DNA of 64,000 bases from the human T2T-CHM13v2.0 reference genome, Homo sapiens, in assembly GCF_009914755.1 (NCBI RefSeq), contig NC_060945.1; one strand, written 5' to 3'. Positions 12,960 to 28,464 of this stretch are shown here, piece after piece. The position numbers and the translations under genes are program-made. The notes below the pieces were generated by a model that saw nothing but the letters and a program-made list of their open reading frames with translations, had not been told where the DNA came from and searched no databases. Numbering within the stretch: position 1 is the first letter of the stretch; every line of letters starts with the position of its first letter.

Positions 12960-13470
12960 CTTCAGGCAGGGGTCTTTTAGGCATATTGGCCTCTTCCTCC
13001 AAAGGACTGCTCCTTTCATTTCCCTCTAACATTGCTTAGTTACTCTTCCTCCATATCTCAGCTCAACCATCTCCAAAGCAAAATCCTTTGATCTTCTTAA
13101 TTATATCAACTCTACTTACTGTGTCCTTTACAATCATTAATGCCCCACCGAAAAGTTGTTTTCTGATACAAATTACTATTTTTTTCACTCAGGTCATCTG
13201 TATATGCTGGAACACTCTTCCATCTATATCATTCTTATCTTTTATTTTGGGACTAAATGGTATCTTCCCAGTTATTGCCTCTGAGAACCTCTTACTTGTC
13301 TTTGTTAGTAACATAAAATAATAATAGATCATTATTTTATTTTTTATTTAATAATATTAACCACACTAGTATATAATCTGCACACAGACAGGCTCTGTCT
13401 TATTGGTTACTGTATACCCAGTTCAATGACAGCTGCACAATAGATTAGCAAATGAATGATTTAGTGAATG
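12960..13470 (+). mobile_element. L2 3'-end relics
   Basis: gctggaacactcttcc; ggctctgtcttattggttactgtatacccag...aatgaatga typical L2 terminus. Confidence 0.5.
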
Positions 13471-14858
13471 TATCAGCTGACATGCTATGGCAAGGGTTGT
13501 CTCTTTCTTTAGCTTATACTGAGCCCATCACCTCTCAGAGTTTTTTGTTTTTTTTTTTTTCCTAGTGCATAACACAGTACATCATCCTAGATATCCTGTG
13601 AACAATTTAGTATTTGCACATGAACCTTGCTTCTCTTGCATGGTTTCATATCTCTTTATTCATCCAATTTATCTGCCTTATTCATAGAAATTTTCATTTC
13701 CTTGAACATGTTTCATCACCTGTGGAATAAAATCATTATGAGGCTTTGATTACATTAGACCTATACGAAATGTTGTCAAATGTAAGGCATTCTGCAGATG
13801 ATTTGTACTAATAGTACCTATAGACAGTGAAAATGACCGTAACCAAAATCTTGAAAATTTTTATCACTGGACAGTATAATTTAAGAACCTTAACGAATGC
13901 TAAAATACTAGAGTTAAATGCATTGCCTAGCAGTAGTTTTCCCAAAAATTTAAATTCAAAATTTATTTTTCTGTTTTACCATGTATGTGGTCAGCCCACA
14001 TTTATCTTGCAGTCTGGGATACATAAATGATATAAATAGACCAATAGACAAAATGAGAAACAATATATTGCTTAATCACAGTTCTTTAAGTCTGACATAA
14101 TGAGTTATAATTACTTTTAAATAAATGTCATTGCTAACTGGAAGAAGTCTTTTTTTATATTCAGAATTAAGTTTCGGTATTTCACTGAAGAATAAACAAG
14201 TCTTTTATAATAGACCTGTTTTCTTTTGTCTCAATATCATAACAACACTGCAAATCAAGCAGAGTTGTTATGATGAGCACAATAAAGTTTTTTTATTAGA
14301 CATAGCAAAATTCTCACAAAACAAAATGTAAGAAAAATAAAACTGTATATCTTAAGTTAAATTGTCCTATACATGTTACGGTAAAATATTTCTCTATTAT
14401 CATGCCAATTACTTGTCTACAAAAATGAACATTCATTGCTGTCCTAATCAATAGACTGAAGTAACAGAATTTATTGATTAAATATACATTTAATTTATTG
14501 TACTGTTTTTATAGTATATTTATGTAAAGCATTACTTAATAGATTCCATTCTAAAAATTTACTAATTTTACCAGTAACACAAGTTATTAGTAAATAAAAA
14601 TTAAGCCATATGCAATTTTTCTACTGCTCATAGGTCTTAGTTACCAACTTTTATATTGGTTATTGATTTTGAATTATAACAATTACACTTATAAAACAAG
14701 TTAGCTAGTTATAAGAAAAAATGGCATTATGAAATCATAAAGGAATCCTCAGAAATTTTTACCTATAATATAAAGCTCAAATTTCAGACCCTGTGTGACT
14801 AGGAAACAATAGCAAGAAGAGACATATTGAAAGGCAATCTCTTGGCACTAGAACTTTA

Positions 14859-15322
14859 CGTTCATTGCAGCACTATTCACAATAGCAAAGACAACCCAAA
14901 TGCCCATCAATGATAGACTAGATAAAGAAATTGTGGTACATATACACCATGGAATACTATGCAGCCATAAAAAGGATTGAGGTCATGTCCTTTGCAGGGA
15001 CATGGATGAAGCTGGAAGCCATTATCTTCAGCAAACTAGTGCAGGAACAGAAAACCAAACACTGCATGTTCTTACTTATAAGTGGAAGCTGAACAATGAG
15101 AACACATGGATACAGGGAGGGGAACAACACACACTGGGTCTGTTGGGGGCTGGGGTGCGGAGAGGGAGAGCATTAGGAAAAAATAACTAATGCATGCTGG
15201 GGTTAATACTTAGGTGATGGGTTGATAGGTGCAGCAAATCACCATGGCACACATTTACCTATCTAACAAACCTGTGCATCTTGCACATGTACCCCGGAAC
15301 TTAAAAAATAATAAAAAATAAA
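14859..15322 (+). mobile_element. LINE-1 3' end (about L1PA10-13)
   Basis: gttcattgcagcactattcacaatagc...gcagcaaatcaccatggcacac...gcacatgtaccccggaactt plus A tail. Confidence 0.93.
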
Positions 15323-18300
15323 GAATGCAAATAACATATTTAAAAATGAATAAAATAAATTTTGCAATACCTCATTCAGTAAAGCTTTACATTGAAGAGT
15401 GAATCTTTACATATTAGTTTTAGTGCAATATTAAGAAAAATAAAATATATAAATATTGGATAACATAATCAAAAGCTATGCAAATAGCAGAAGAGTGAAA
15501 TTGATTCATACAAGTAAAAGGTGTGTGTCTACTGGAAATCTTGTTTGTAACTAAGTACAGATTTTGATCAGTGAATAGTTTTAAATTGATTTCAAACTCA
15601 TTAAAATTTTTTATGTCTTCTGGGAGAGGAAAAAAGAAAACAGAGATAAATATATAAATCAAAATTATTTTGTGACATATATGTTTTTTCATATTTCAGC
15701 ATTTTAGTGGAGTATTAGTGTAATTTTGCAACCTTAGTTGAGTAGCTAGTTGGTCCTGCTAAACTAATTGTCGTGAAAGTTTTATAAATACTCTTCGGAG
15801 TCATTGTCCTCTGATAAGTTAGCTGAGTGTACATATTGGACTACAAGAGGATTAGAATCAGACATGGAAATATTTATGATGAAAGGGCAGATGTTTTACT
15901 TCACAGACGTGCTTCCCAGAGGGAAAGGTGCATTGTGAGTATTCCTCACAGATTGTCAAAAAACAAAAATGACTTGGAGAAAAGGGGAGTGTTCCTAATA
16001 TGATTGGCTTTTGAGAGTTTTTTCAAATGCAAAAAAGAAAAAAAAAGAATTAAATGGGAGCCAAGAAGGTTAAGGGAAGTAGGTAAATTTGAAAATGGTG
16101 ACTATAATGCTACTGATTATGGCTACTTTCCTTCAGTTTCAAGTTTCTTGTTTAGATATCTATGGGTCAGTGCCCTAACATTTTCATTTTATTATTTTGA
16201 AGATAATAAAATGAAAATTAGTGAAACTTAAATTGACTTGTTTAAGCTAGGCATTCAGTTACTACATAGGCTTTTATTTCTACCATTCTGAAGTACATAA
16301 TTATACCAATCCCTTAACAGAAAATAACAAAACAATTGTTGAAAAGGATTGGAGAATAACTAAGTCAGTCAGGATGGAGTGGACAAAAAATCCCATAGAC
16401 AAGGAAAACATGAGAAAGTAAGCCTCAGATTTGCCACTGCTTTTTCTCTTGCGTTATTTGCTAGTTCACAGAGCAGGGAATAAAGGCTTAAGGTAAACCT
16501 GGGGCCACTGACTTGCAGAGGTCTTGCTGAGATGTAAGATCAGGGTAGATAATTTAGAATTTGTGTTGCCTAGAAGTTGAACACTCCAAGTTCAAATTAA
16601 GTAAGCCAAAAATTCTGTGTGCAGTATTCCCTCCAGGCATTTGTCAAATCTTAAACTGTCTATTCTCAGGCTGAAATGCCCAAACCCAAAGCAAATAACA
16701 AACAAACAAACAAAAAGAACAAGTGAGTGGATAACAAACTCACAACTATAATTTTCGTAATCTCTCTGTTAGAGAGAGACACAAGTTTGTTTAGAACTCA
16801 AAAGCTAGAAGAGACCATTTAAAAATTTCAGACTCTAGTTTTGACCCAAGAAGAGCTAACCTTGATGGGATGTTGGTTAGCTACCACATTTGGTCATAGA
16901 ACAATCTGAAGCAAGCTGGCTCAATTATATTATCTACGAAAATAATTACAAAATACGCATGTGCATACTCATCTACATAATATAATGGTACTGTCTTAAA
17001 AGAAATAATAGGAAAAGTGAAAAGTTGTGTAGTCACATTATTATCTTCTGCCTCAGCTATAATTCAGTTGTTTTTAGGTCAAATAATGCAAAATAACTTA
17101 AAGGTAGCAACATTCAGAGAAAAGCTGTTGTGCTTTTTTGCTTAAAAATTAAATATCGCTATTTTAAAGTACAATTCAATTAGTTTATAAATATTGCAGT
17201 ATACTATTACAAATTCAACCTTTATATTAAATCATAATGAAATTGAGATATAATTATGTTGACATAAACAAAATAAAAATCATACTAAATATCTAATGCT
17301 GCCATCAATACTATGTTCATAAATGCCAAGACAAATAAGAATGACTCTTCAAAGTAATAAATTACATAGAAAATGTAGAAAAATTAGCTGAGACTATGAT
17401 GTAATATTTATTATTAAAATTTATGATCAATTACTGATTATTTTTAAGAATGTGGAAATAGAAGTTCATCCAAAGAAATACTCCACCAACAATACCAATA
17501 GTCATTTAGCCAATAGCTAAGGATTCTCTTATAACAAATAATTTACAGGGACTCTTTACATTTGCAAAACTGACAATAGCTATCTTCTGTTAGTTTTTAT
17601 ATTAAAGTTTGAAGTTGCTTAATGAAATTGCTATAACATAAATGCCAAACATAATACACAGAAGTGTGAAAATCATTGATGTATTTGTAATATAAACAAA
17701 TAAAATAATTCATGTAATCATAATTAAGTCACATTTTACCTAACCATAAACTATATAAGGAATAGCAAGCAAGAGTAAGTCCAGTAGGAAGAATTCAAAA
17801 AGTTGTTCATAGACTTCTGTTCTAAGCAAATTGCATGGAATTAGCATTTATAACTGTGAAAGAAATAAGAGTGAACAATTCTGTTTTTAACTTTATTTTT
17901 TAAATAATCATTCACTGAATATGCAAGATATAATAATATACTACATGCTATCTAAAGTGTAGACCCACCGAGTAGAGTTTATCTGAAAACTGCTTGTTGA
18001 GAGTTAGCTACAAGACAAGTATAAAAAGTGAATTATTGTTTAGAAACATGTAAAGCACATTGCAATGACACTTTTTTTGTATATTGTAGAAGTATGGAAT
18101 ATTTTTTAAAAGTGTCTTGCACTACAGTGAGTTTAAGAAGCATAGTAATAGAACCCAAATGATGACTACAGTAGAAAAGAATAAAAATAAGGGATGGGAT
18201 GAGGAGGAGTGATTGAAATACTACTAGTAATAAAATATATTTATTATTGCTTTTATAACATCCAGTCATATTGCTAAGAAATTTACACAGATGTATACAT

Positions 18301-18334
18301 TTGTTTTATTCTCTAAACAGTAAGTTTAAAAGTA

Positions 18335-18450
18335 TTATTATTGTTGTTTACAGATGAAACTGTCTCCAAAATATTAAATAACTCTGAGGTTTCAAGAGTA
18401 ATATATAAAGAGAGGAAATTGCATTCAGATCTAAACTAAAATCTGGTGGT
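18335..18450 (-). mobile_element. MIR relic
   Basis: tttacagatgaaactg...attaaataact core similarity. Confidence 0.45.
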
Positions 18451-19199
18451 TAATCATTTTTTATTTTGTGCCTTTTCCAAAAGCAAAAACAAGCATTATA
18501 ATGGCACCTAAGATGATATTTGTAAGTGTACTATATCAACTACAAAGTTTTACACAATCTGGTCTTGAATCAGAATATTCTCAGCTGTAACATGAAAATA
18601 CAAATAAGAGTAAGAAGATATTACTTAAATTATGTCTTTATTCTCCGCTGTATGTGAGACAGTGGATTAGATGTTTTCACAAACATTATTTAACATAACC
18701 AATAGCTATCAGCAAGTCAATATAAATGTTCAGGGCTGCTTTGATAGTAGAAATTAACTATGCCTATATGTTACTGTGTGTTCAACAAATAGTTTACAGT
18801 TTACATCTCTAAATTTGACAAAGGATTCCTTCTATGAAATTCACTAAAATCTGATAGCACACAGTCATTATTAGATTAATTGAAATCAGAATATAGTCAT
18901 TAGAAATATAAAGAAAATCCAAACATTGAACAGGGATAGAATTTCCTTTATTTTTGTGTTTTGCTGTAGAAGCTAGTATATTCCTTCTCAAGGATAAAAT
19001 TATAGAACTCAGCAGTCCTAAGGAGACATAGACATCTTATGCAAATTTGTATTATATAGCCATGTATACTGACATCCATGTAGATACATTTTTCCTGAAA
19101 TGATGATTAGTGAAAAATTGAGTCTACATTATTTCACTTCAATAATTTAAAATTTTATTGAAGAGTTTATTATACAGCAATAATAAAAAAAGATAAGTA

Positions 19200-21660
19200 T
19201 TTCCATTCTCATGATGATTTTGGCCACAATGAAAAGGGAGGTGCATTCCAGGACTATAATAATGGTTCAATACTGGGAAATTTATTAATACAGACTAATA
19301 TACACAAATTAAGTTATAGGCCTTAGGAAAAAACTATATGTGTATATTTGCAATACTTTAAAGCCTTTCAGAGAAGTCAGCATCCATTCCTAATTACATA
19401 TATTTTTCATGAGAATGTAGAAAGATATGGTTAATTCCTTCAAGCGATAAAATATATATACCTCAATTGGAAAGTCCACATCTTAATGGGTAAAAACATA
19501 CAGGTAGTCCCACAAGAGTACTGAAAAAAAGTGCATGCCCACTCTCCTCACTGTTATTTAATATTGTTATTAGTTGATGCAGTTAGATACAATTGTCACA
19601 CAAACTAGAGCAGCAGAAAAAAAAGTGTCTCTATTTGCAGATGACAATAATATATATCAATAATATATATAGATGCCTAAATGATAAAATATAAAATAAT
19701 GCAAGTTGGCAGGTTATATTTTTAAAAAATCACTATTATATCTATATTCGCCTACTTATCTGTTTATTATCTATTTGCCATCCAACTTTCTGTTTATGCC
19801 AATTAGATAATGGAAAGACATCCTTTTTTCCTCATTTAGAACCACTCAACATCATCATGAAGTCATTTCTACATAATTGATTTATAAATTTGACGTTATC
19901 CCAAGATAAATCATAAGCGTTTTTATTTATGAAGCTAAATAAATGAATACTAAAATTATTATAAAAATAAATACACAGAATAGAGAAATATTTAAAAGTA
20001 AAGCTGTGAGGGAGGACTAGCCTTATTGAATATAAAAATAGTTCACTAAGGTTTTATCATTGAAATGATAACTATGTGTGGATACCCAAGAGAAGGGTAT
20101 AGAAAGCTGAAAATAGACCCAGTTACATATATTAATCTAGTTAATAATGAAGGTGTTATCTCAAATTACTGAAGAAAATTGAACTTCTTAATACATGAAT
20201 ATTTATTTGAAATATGGTAAAATCAGATTTAATACTCAGAGCTTATATAGGAGAAAAACCCAAATTGTTCAGAGATCTAAATGTCAAGCATAGAATGTTG
20301 AGAGGCAAGAAAGAACCCCATGGTTTGAATTGGAATAAGGGATTTCAATGTGAACTTATGATGTCTAAAATATGTATATGCATGCATATATGCATATGTA
20401 ATATATATTTCACTTATGTATAAATATGTGTTTTATAATAAATAATATATTTGTACACTTCTGCATTTACTTATCTCTATTTGTTAAAATGATCTAAATG
20501 CAAAATCATTCCAATAGCAATGAGTTCATATAACTATCTAACATCCAGATCTTGTTTTTTAATACCATTCTTCACTAAAAGAAGTCAGCTCTTTCACAGA
20601 ATTGCTGATTCTAAGGGTAGGCCAGAGGAGGTAAAACATGAGTCTGGAAAATTTTATTTGCCATAAAGGAGGAATGTGATCAAACAGTAGAAAATTATGG
20701 AGATAAACAATGTTGAACATATATCACAAAGACACAGGAATCAGCTTAAAGGGGTTCCTCATAGCCAAGTCTAGGACCATTTGAGCACCTAAGTATTTAA
20801 ACTCAGTGATAAATAATACACCCTTAAGTATAAGAATTCAGGGGTCCATAACTATAAGAAGAAATATGTGGGGACTTGTTACAGATCATAGATTAGTAAA
20901 TAAAAAAAATGGCAATCATGCTGTGGACAAAATCAGCAAATATCATTCGCCAGGTGGTCCAAATTAACATCACTAATGCCAGGCAGATGGCATGAGTTTC
21001 CAGATGTTACTTTCTGTCAAGGACATGTTGGACTTAGGTAATAGGCAGCCTGAGGATGTGTAAGCTTCATTTATAAAGAAGGAAGTATAATACATATTTA
21101 AAAATCAATTTTAATAAAATTGGAAAATAAAAAGGGAAAAAGACTGAAAACTTCTATGTCAATTTAAGAAAAGTATGAAGAATTTTTCTAGATTGAAGTA
21201 GACTAAAGAGAAATGATATGCAAATGTAACAGGTGATCCCAGAATGGATTTTCCTTGGAGAGAGAAAAATGTGCTATAAATCATATTATGTGCTCAGTTG
21301 GCAAAAATGGGTATGGAAGGTACTGTATCAGAGTTAAATTTGTTGAAGTTGATAATGTCATTTTTTAAAGGAATTTTCTTGTTCCTAATATATTTAATGT
21401 AAAGATCGATGATATATGCATCTAACTCTCAAATAGTTCAGCAAAATTATATATATATAACTACATATGTGTGTACATATATATGTACACATATATCTAA
21501 TACATAAGATGTATATATACATGCATACATACCTACACAGAGAGCGCAATGGGGCAAAATATCAATGAGAGGTGAATCTGACTGGTAAAGGATACTCTTT
21601 GTACTATTCTTGAAATGCTTTGTAAGTTCAAAATTATATCTGAAATAAAACAAAAAAATT
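19200..21660 (+). mobile_element. Old LINE-1 (L1MC4/5-like), ORF2 remnants plus long 3' UTR
   Basis: ctctatttgcagatgaca (RT FADD motif, ~19630); cattccaatagcaatgag...atccagatcttg; terminus tgtactattcttgaaatgctttgtaagttcaaaattat...aaataaaa. Confidence 0.75.
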
Positions 21661-21694
21661 TCAAACTGAAGATATTTTGATTATATTGAGACTG

Positions 21695-22105
21695 ATGTTT
21701 TAAAGTCCCAAGAAGCAGGTCCTGAGATAAAAATGGGTAAGTCAATGATTTTTATAAAACCTGGTGGCAAGACAAACAGGTAAATCAATGGCAAATTTAA
21801 GATTAGGAAGTGGAACGAGCTCAACAAGGATATGATTTCATCCTTGAAGACAGTGTTCAGCTTGATCCCATAGGGAACTTAGAAATGAAGTCAAGCCCCA
21901 GTATTGTTCTGCTCCATCAATGGCAAGGGAGCTGAACTTCTGGCTTTCCTGGATGGCAGAAAAAGGAGGCTCCCATTAGGAGGAGTGCAATTCTCAGAAG
22001 AATTTGGGTGGCTGGCCTGTGGAAAACGGATGCAGTAGGAAGTGAGGATGAGGGCTTACAGAAAAGGTAGAAAGGAATCTCAGAAGAGCTAGATGAAACA
22101 CTACC
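21695..22105 (-). mobile_element. Old ERVL LTR (LTR16-like)
   Basis: cccaagaagcaggtcctgagata is the reverse of the LTR16/33-type 3' motif; GA-rich body. Confidence 0.5.
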
Positions 22106-22270
22106 TCATGCTTTTATAGTTTAAAATTCCCCTGAATAGATTTTTAAAGTAACATGTAAATTTGGAAGAGATGAAAACTTTGAATTATTTAAATACAGAG
22201 ATGATGGTTGTTCCATTCCAGACATCATTTTTGAAGGTTAGCTATCATGTGCCAGATGTCTTACAAAAAA

Positions 22271-22273
<3 letters not shown>

Positions 22274-22302
<29 letters not shown>
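22274..22302. repeat. (GT)14 microsatellite
   Basis: Direct inspection. Confidence 0.97.
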
Positions 22303-22306
<4 letters not shown>

Positions 22307-23002
22307 TTTTGTTATTATTTATCTTAAACTCTCTGGACATATAAAACCTGTTTTGCTTTAGTAATTAAAGGCAACTTTTTTTCTAAAACTTAGTGCTAAG
22401 TGCTCAATACCTAAGGAGAGAATTAGATCAAACAATGTGGTTTTAATATACTTTTTGTCTTCACTAATATAAGGAGATAACCTATTGGGGGTTTCATATT
22501 TTCTCCATAATGTTCATAAGGTGTGCTATCGGCATTTCAGCAATATAGCCTCCTTGTGGGCTATAGCATTTCAATCATTACAGGAAATTTCACTTCTCTG
22601 GACTCCATCTGCAAAAGATCAGTAGCGCTCTTCCTCCCCCACATTGAATTACATAAAAAACTGCTTTCATCTGTTTATAACATGTGATTCTAAACATCCC
22701 TTAGGTTTAAGTGGCTATAGTATGTATTAGCATAATATTGAAGTTTAAGGAAATTAAGAGTTTAAACATTCAATGTAGACATTGCTAAATGTTCTCTTCC
22801 AATTTGAAGGGTTACAGCATGTTACTTTTTTTCTTGAGTGTTATCAAACTCAAAAGATAATAGCTAATTTACAGAACATTATTTCTACTGGGAAAAAATA
22901 ATCACATTTAATGTTATCAAAGATATGGATATAATCTAAATAATTTTAACTGTGCTTAGGTTATATTTAAACATTAAAGATAGCATTTCTTAAAAATTAG
23001 TA

Positions 23003-24365
<1,363 letters not shown>

Positions 24366-24441
24366 TTAACGTGCATTTCTCACTTTATGTTCTTTGCTAA
24401 TGACTTACTTCTTGCTGTTTATTTTATATGTATTTTAGACC

Positions 24442-25519
24442 ATGGAAATCATATTAGACAAAAAGCAATTTCAAGCAATTTTCTTATTCTAGTTCAAAAT
24501 GGGCCATAAAGCAGTGGATACAACTCACAACATCAACAACACGTTTGGCCCAGGAACTGCTAACAAACTTACAGTGCAGTGATGGTTCAAGAAGTTTTGT
24601 AAAGGAGACAAAAGCCTTGAAGTTGAGGAGCATAGTTGCCGGTCACTGGAAGTTGACAAGGACGAATTGAGAGCAATTGTTGAAGCTGATCTTCTTACAA
24701 CTGCATGAGAAGTTGCTGAAGAAATCAATACTGACCATTCTATGGTCATTTAGCATTTGAAGCAAATTGAAAAAGTAAAAAAGCTCAGTAAGTGGGTGCC
24801 TCATGAGATGAACAAAACTAAAAATAAAAGTAGATTGTCATTTTTAAGTGTCATCTTCTCTTTTTCTATGCGACAACACGAAACCGTTTCTTGATAGGAT
24901 TGTGACGTGCGACAAAAAGTGGATTTTATATAACAACCGGCAATGACTAGCTCAGTGGTTGGGCCGAGAAGAAGTTCCAAAGCACTTCCCAAAGCCGAAC
25001 TTGCACCAGAAAAAGGTCATGGTCACTGTTGGGTGGTCTGCTGCCAGTCTGATCCACTACAGCTTTGTGAATCCCAGAGAAACCATCATATCTCAGAAGT
25101 GTGCTCAGCAAATCGATGAGATGCATCAAAACGGCAAGGCCTGCAGCTGGCACTCATCAACAGAAAGGGGCTAATTCTTCACAAGGTCCAGTGGCACGTC
25201 ACACAACCAACACTTCAAAAGTTGAATGAGGCCGGGCGTGGTGGCTCACGCCTGTAATCCCAGCACTTTGGGAGGCCGAGGTGGGCGGATCACGAGGTCA
25301 GGAGATCCAGACCATCCTGGCTAATTTATTAGAAACCCCGTCTCTAATAAAAATACAAAAAATTAGTTGGGGGTAGTGGCGGCGCCTGTAGTCCCAGCTA
25401 CTCCGGAGGCTGAGGCAGGAGAATGGCGTGAACCTGGGAGGCAGAACTTGCAGGGAGCTGAGATCGCCCCACTGCACTCCATCCTGGGTGACAGAGCAAG
25501 ACTCCGTCTCAAAAAATAA

Positions 25520-25550
<31 letters not shown>

Positions 25551-25803
25551 GTTGAATGAATTGGGCTATGAAGTTTTGCCTCATCCACCATATTCAGCTG
25601 ACCTCTTGCCAACCGACTACCACTTCTTCAAGCATCTTGACAACTTTTTGCAGGGAAAATGCTTCCACAACCAGCAGGATGCAGAAAATGCTTTCCAAGA
25701 GTTCATCAAATCCCAAAGCACGGATTTTTACGCTACAGGAATAAACAAACTTATTTCTCATTGGCAAAAATGGGTCGATTGTAATCATTCCTATTTTGAT
25801 TAA
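24442..25803 (+). pseudogene. HSMAR1 transposase pseudogene
   Basis: ATG at 24442; WVPHE motif (tgggtgcctcatgag ~24793); PKPNLHQKKVMVTVGW (24959-25174); [16 protein letters not shown] (25552-25803); stops, frameshifts and Alu interruption. Confidence 0.93.
25230..25550 (+). mobile_element. AluY inserted in HSMAR1
   Basis: Exact 13-bp TSD aaaagttgaatga (25217-25229, 25547-25559); gaatggcgtgaacc diagnostic. Confidence 0.97.
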
Positions 25804-27299
25804 TAAAAATGTGTTTGAGCCTAGTTATAATGATTTAAAATTTATGGTCCAAAACCGCAATTAACTTTGCACCTATCTAATATATTAGGAGATACACAAA
25901 CTGAAAAATAGATGAAATGTTCTTATTCTTATTTTGATATATGACTAAATAAAAGAGGTTAAAAAGAGGGAAAATACATTTGTGTGTGTGTGTCTGTGCG
26001 CCTGAGTGTGTGTGTTTAAGTCAAGTGTGGGAATTGTTTACACAGGTCAGAATTAATTATAATCCCTGAGGTAGTATCAAATAAGGTAACAATAGCAAAC
26101 CAAGTATAGTGACTCATAGTCTTTGACAACTATAATAAAGTATATCAAAAAAAATATTTTTGAGAGTTAGCTATGTATAAGAAAATAATGTTATGTTATG
26201 TCTTCATAAAAAAACTATCACAGAGACATTGCTCATTGTGATTAAAATGAAATGTTTCATTTTAAGTATGTGTATGGACAGTTTAAAATGGAATTTAATG
26301 GAATGTCTGGAAAAAGAGTATATATACTTCAGAATCCTTATAAAATAAAATTGAAACTATAAGAAACATGAGATAAAATATTTTATAAATACATAACAAT
26401 TATTTTTTAATCAACTGATTGTAAGTCTAGCAATTATTTGGTATATTTGTTAGAGATATAATCAAGTCACTTTCAGTCTAACATTTTGGCATTGAGAGGT
26501 TAGTTTTCAAAAACATAATAATCTTAAAGTCCATGATTGACCAAAGAAATATAAAAGTCAGCTAAAGCCACTGAAAGCCCACTCAGTGTAGAGTATTTGA
26601 TGACATATTTGAGATAATATAAGTCAAATTCTATGAATTTAATGGAAAGATGAGAATGGAGGTAAAACTTGAACTTGTACCTTTAAAGAGGTAATGAATT
26701 ATAATAGGCTATCTTATTCCCTCATATAAATATGAATTCATGTAGATGAACATTTTATTTCCAAAATAGTTATCTTAGCTCTCAGAGACATTACATTTCC
26801 AAGAGTAAGACATAGGCTTACTGTAAGACTTTCTAGTAGTCCAAAAATGTGGTGATTGAACAAAGATCCATAACTTTTTATTTCCCAAACTTACATAGCT
26901 TTGTCTAAAATATCAAAAATGTATATCCGTTTCCTAGGATTAATGAGTAACTTCAGTATTGAAAATATTAAAATTTATATTTTTAAAGTAAAATTTGATA
27001 ATTAACAAAGTTATTTTAATGCTTAGAGGCTTTCAATATATATAAACAATATAAGACATTTATTTTTACTTTCTTACATGGACGTGGCAGTTTATTATTT
27101 TAAAATACACAGGTCTAAATTTTTGAAAAATTGTTTATTTTGACAGGACAAAGTATAGAATTTTTCTTATCAATAGCAGACTCAAGGCTAATTTTGGTTT
27201 TAAGAGAAGTGAAATAATCATACTACATATAAAAGGATTATAAATTGATATAATTATACTAGACTCTCTTTCATAGTATATTTCATGAAGCATTAAAAC

Positions 27300-27740
27300 A
27301 TTTGTATTTATAATTTTATCATTTCTACTTCTAGAAATCCAGCCAAGAGAAATGATCCTACATATGCAAAGTTTTATACAGAAAAATGTTCACTGTGGTG
27401 TTACTACTAATGATAAAAATATGTAATCTAGATATAAAATATATTTGATGGTTTGATAATCATATGAAATCCATTAACATAACCATCAGGGAGTAATTGA
27501 AATTGTACTTACAATAACATTTAATCACTTGGAAAATTTCTAATTTTCTTTTGCTAAGCTAAAAAGCAAGATACAGGTTTGCACACAATATAACATTAGT
27601 TTTAATTATGAAAATGACCTAGACTTGGGACAGAAATTGTCAAGAAATGTATTAATTTACAGCATCATAAGTGATTTATGTGCATAACAATTTCACCATA
27701 TTCTTTTAAACACTTCTCATTTTAAGAGTCTTAAATTTTC
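27300..27740 (+). mobile_element. Old L1ME-type 3' fragment
   Basis: atttctacttctagaaatccagccaagagaaat...aatgttcactgtggtgtt. Confidence 0.5.
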
Positions 27741-27840
27741 CTAATGTGAGGGTTATAAAACATTCTATCATTAAAGTCTACATCTGTGTCTACCTAACAG
27801 TTAGAAAATGTGTAAATAATTTTATTTCCTATAAGCTATT

Positions 27841-28242
27841 TGCATTAGTTTCCTAGGGTTGCCAGAGCAAAATGGAGGCCAGACAAAACATAAAAGGCCA
27901 GACAAAACATAACAAAAAGTTCACACCTCTAGAGGCCAGAAGTTCAAGATCAAGGTGTTGGCACATTTGGTTTCTTCTGAGGGGGTCTCCCCTTGACTTT
28001 CAGATGGCCACTTTCTCGCTGTGTCTTCACATGGTCTTCGCTCTGTGTACACGTGCCCCTGGTGTCTGTCTCCCTCTGTGTCCTAATCTTCCCTTCTTAT
28101 AAAGACACCACGCATATTGGATCAGGGCCTGGGTTAACTTAATTATCTTTTAAAGGCCCTATTTCCAAATATAATCACATTCTGAGGTACTGGGAGTGCT
28201 TTGACATAAGAATTTTGGAGATACACAATTCATCCCACGACA
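27841..28242 (-). mobile_element. MaLR LTR MLT1A-like
   Basis: tgcattagtttcctagggttgcc...gaagttcaagatcaaggtgttggca...cacattctgaggtactggg...acaca; 5-bp TSD ctatt/ccatt. Confidence 0.88.
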
Positions 28243-28464
28243 CCATTCATCATTTCTCTTCAGAGAATCAGGTTTAATATTTTCTATATCTTTCTCCTTA
28301 CTTCTTGTTTTCTTAATGATTTTGCATAAGACAATTTATTTAAAAATATTTCATGATTTTTGACATACAAAGTTTCCTGGGTTTTATAAATACATAATTT
28401 TTTTTGGTCTCTTGATTCTTTTCAGCTCTGTTATTTCCAATGATTTCGTATTGTGTGTGATAGA

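Noticed and set aside
15322-15412. Possible L1 3' transduction after the L1PA tail
   Set aside because: Only weak ctttac similarities to the upstream flank; no convincing TSD or second poly-A.
16280-16870. Possible ancient L1M 5' fragment
   Set aside because: Resemblance too weak to call without an HMM search.
21470-21491. 22-bp perfect palindrome tgtgtacatat|atatgtacaca
   Set aside because: Lies in an alternating RY tract where self-complementarity is expected.
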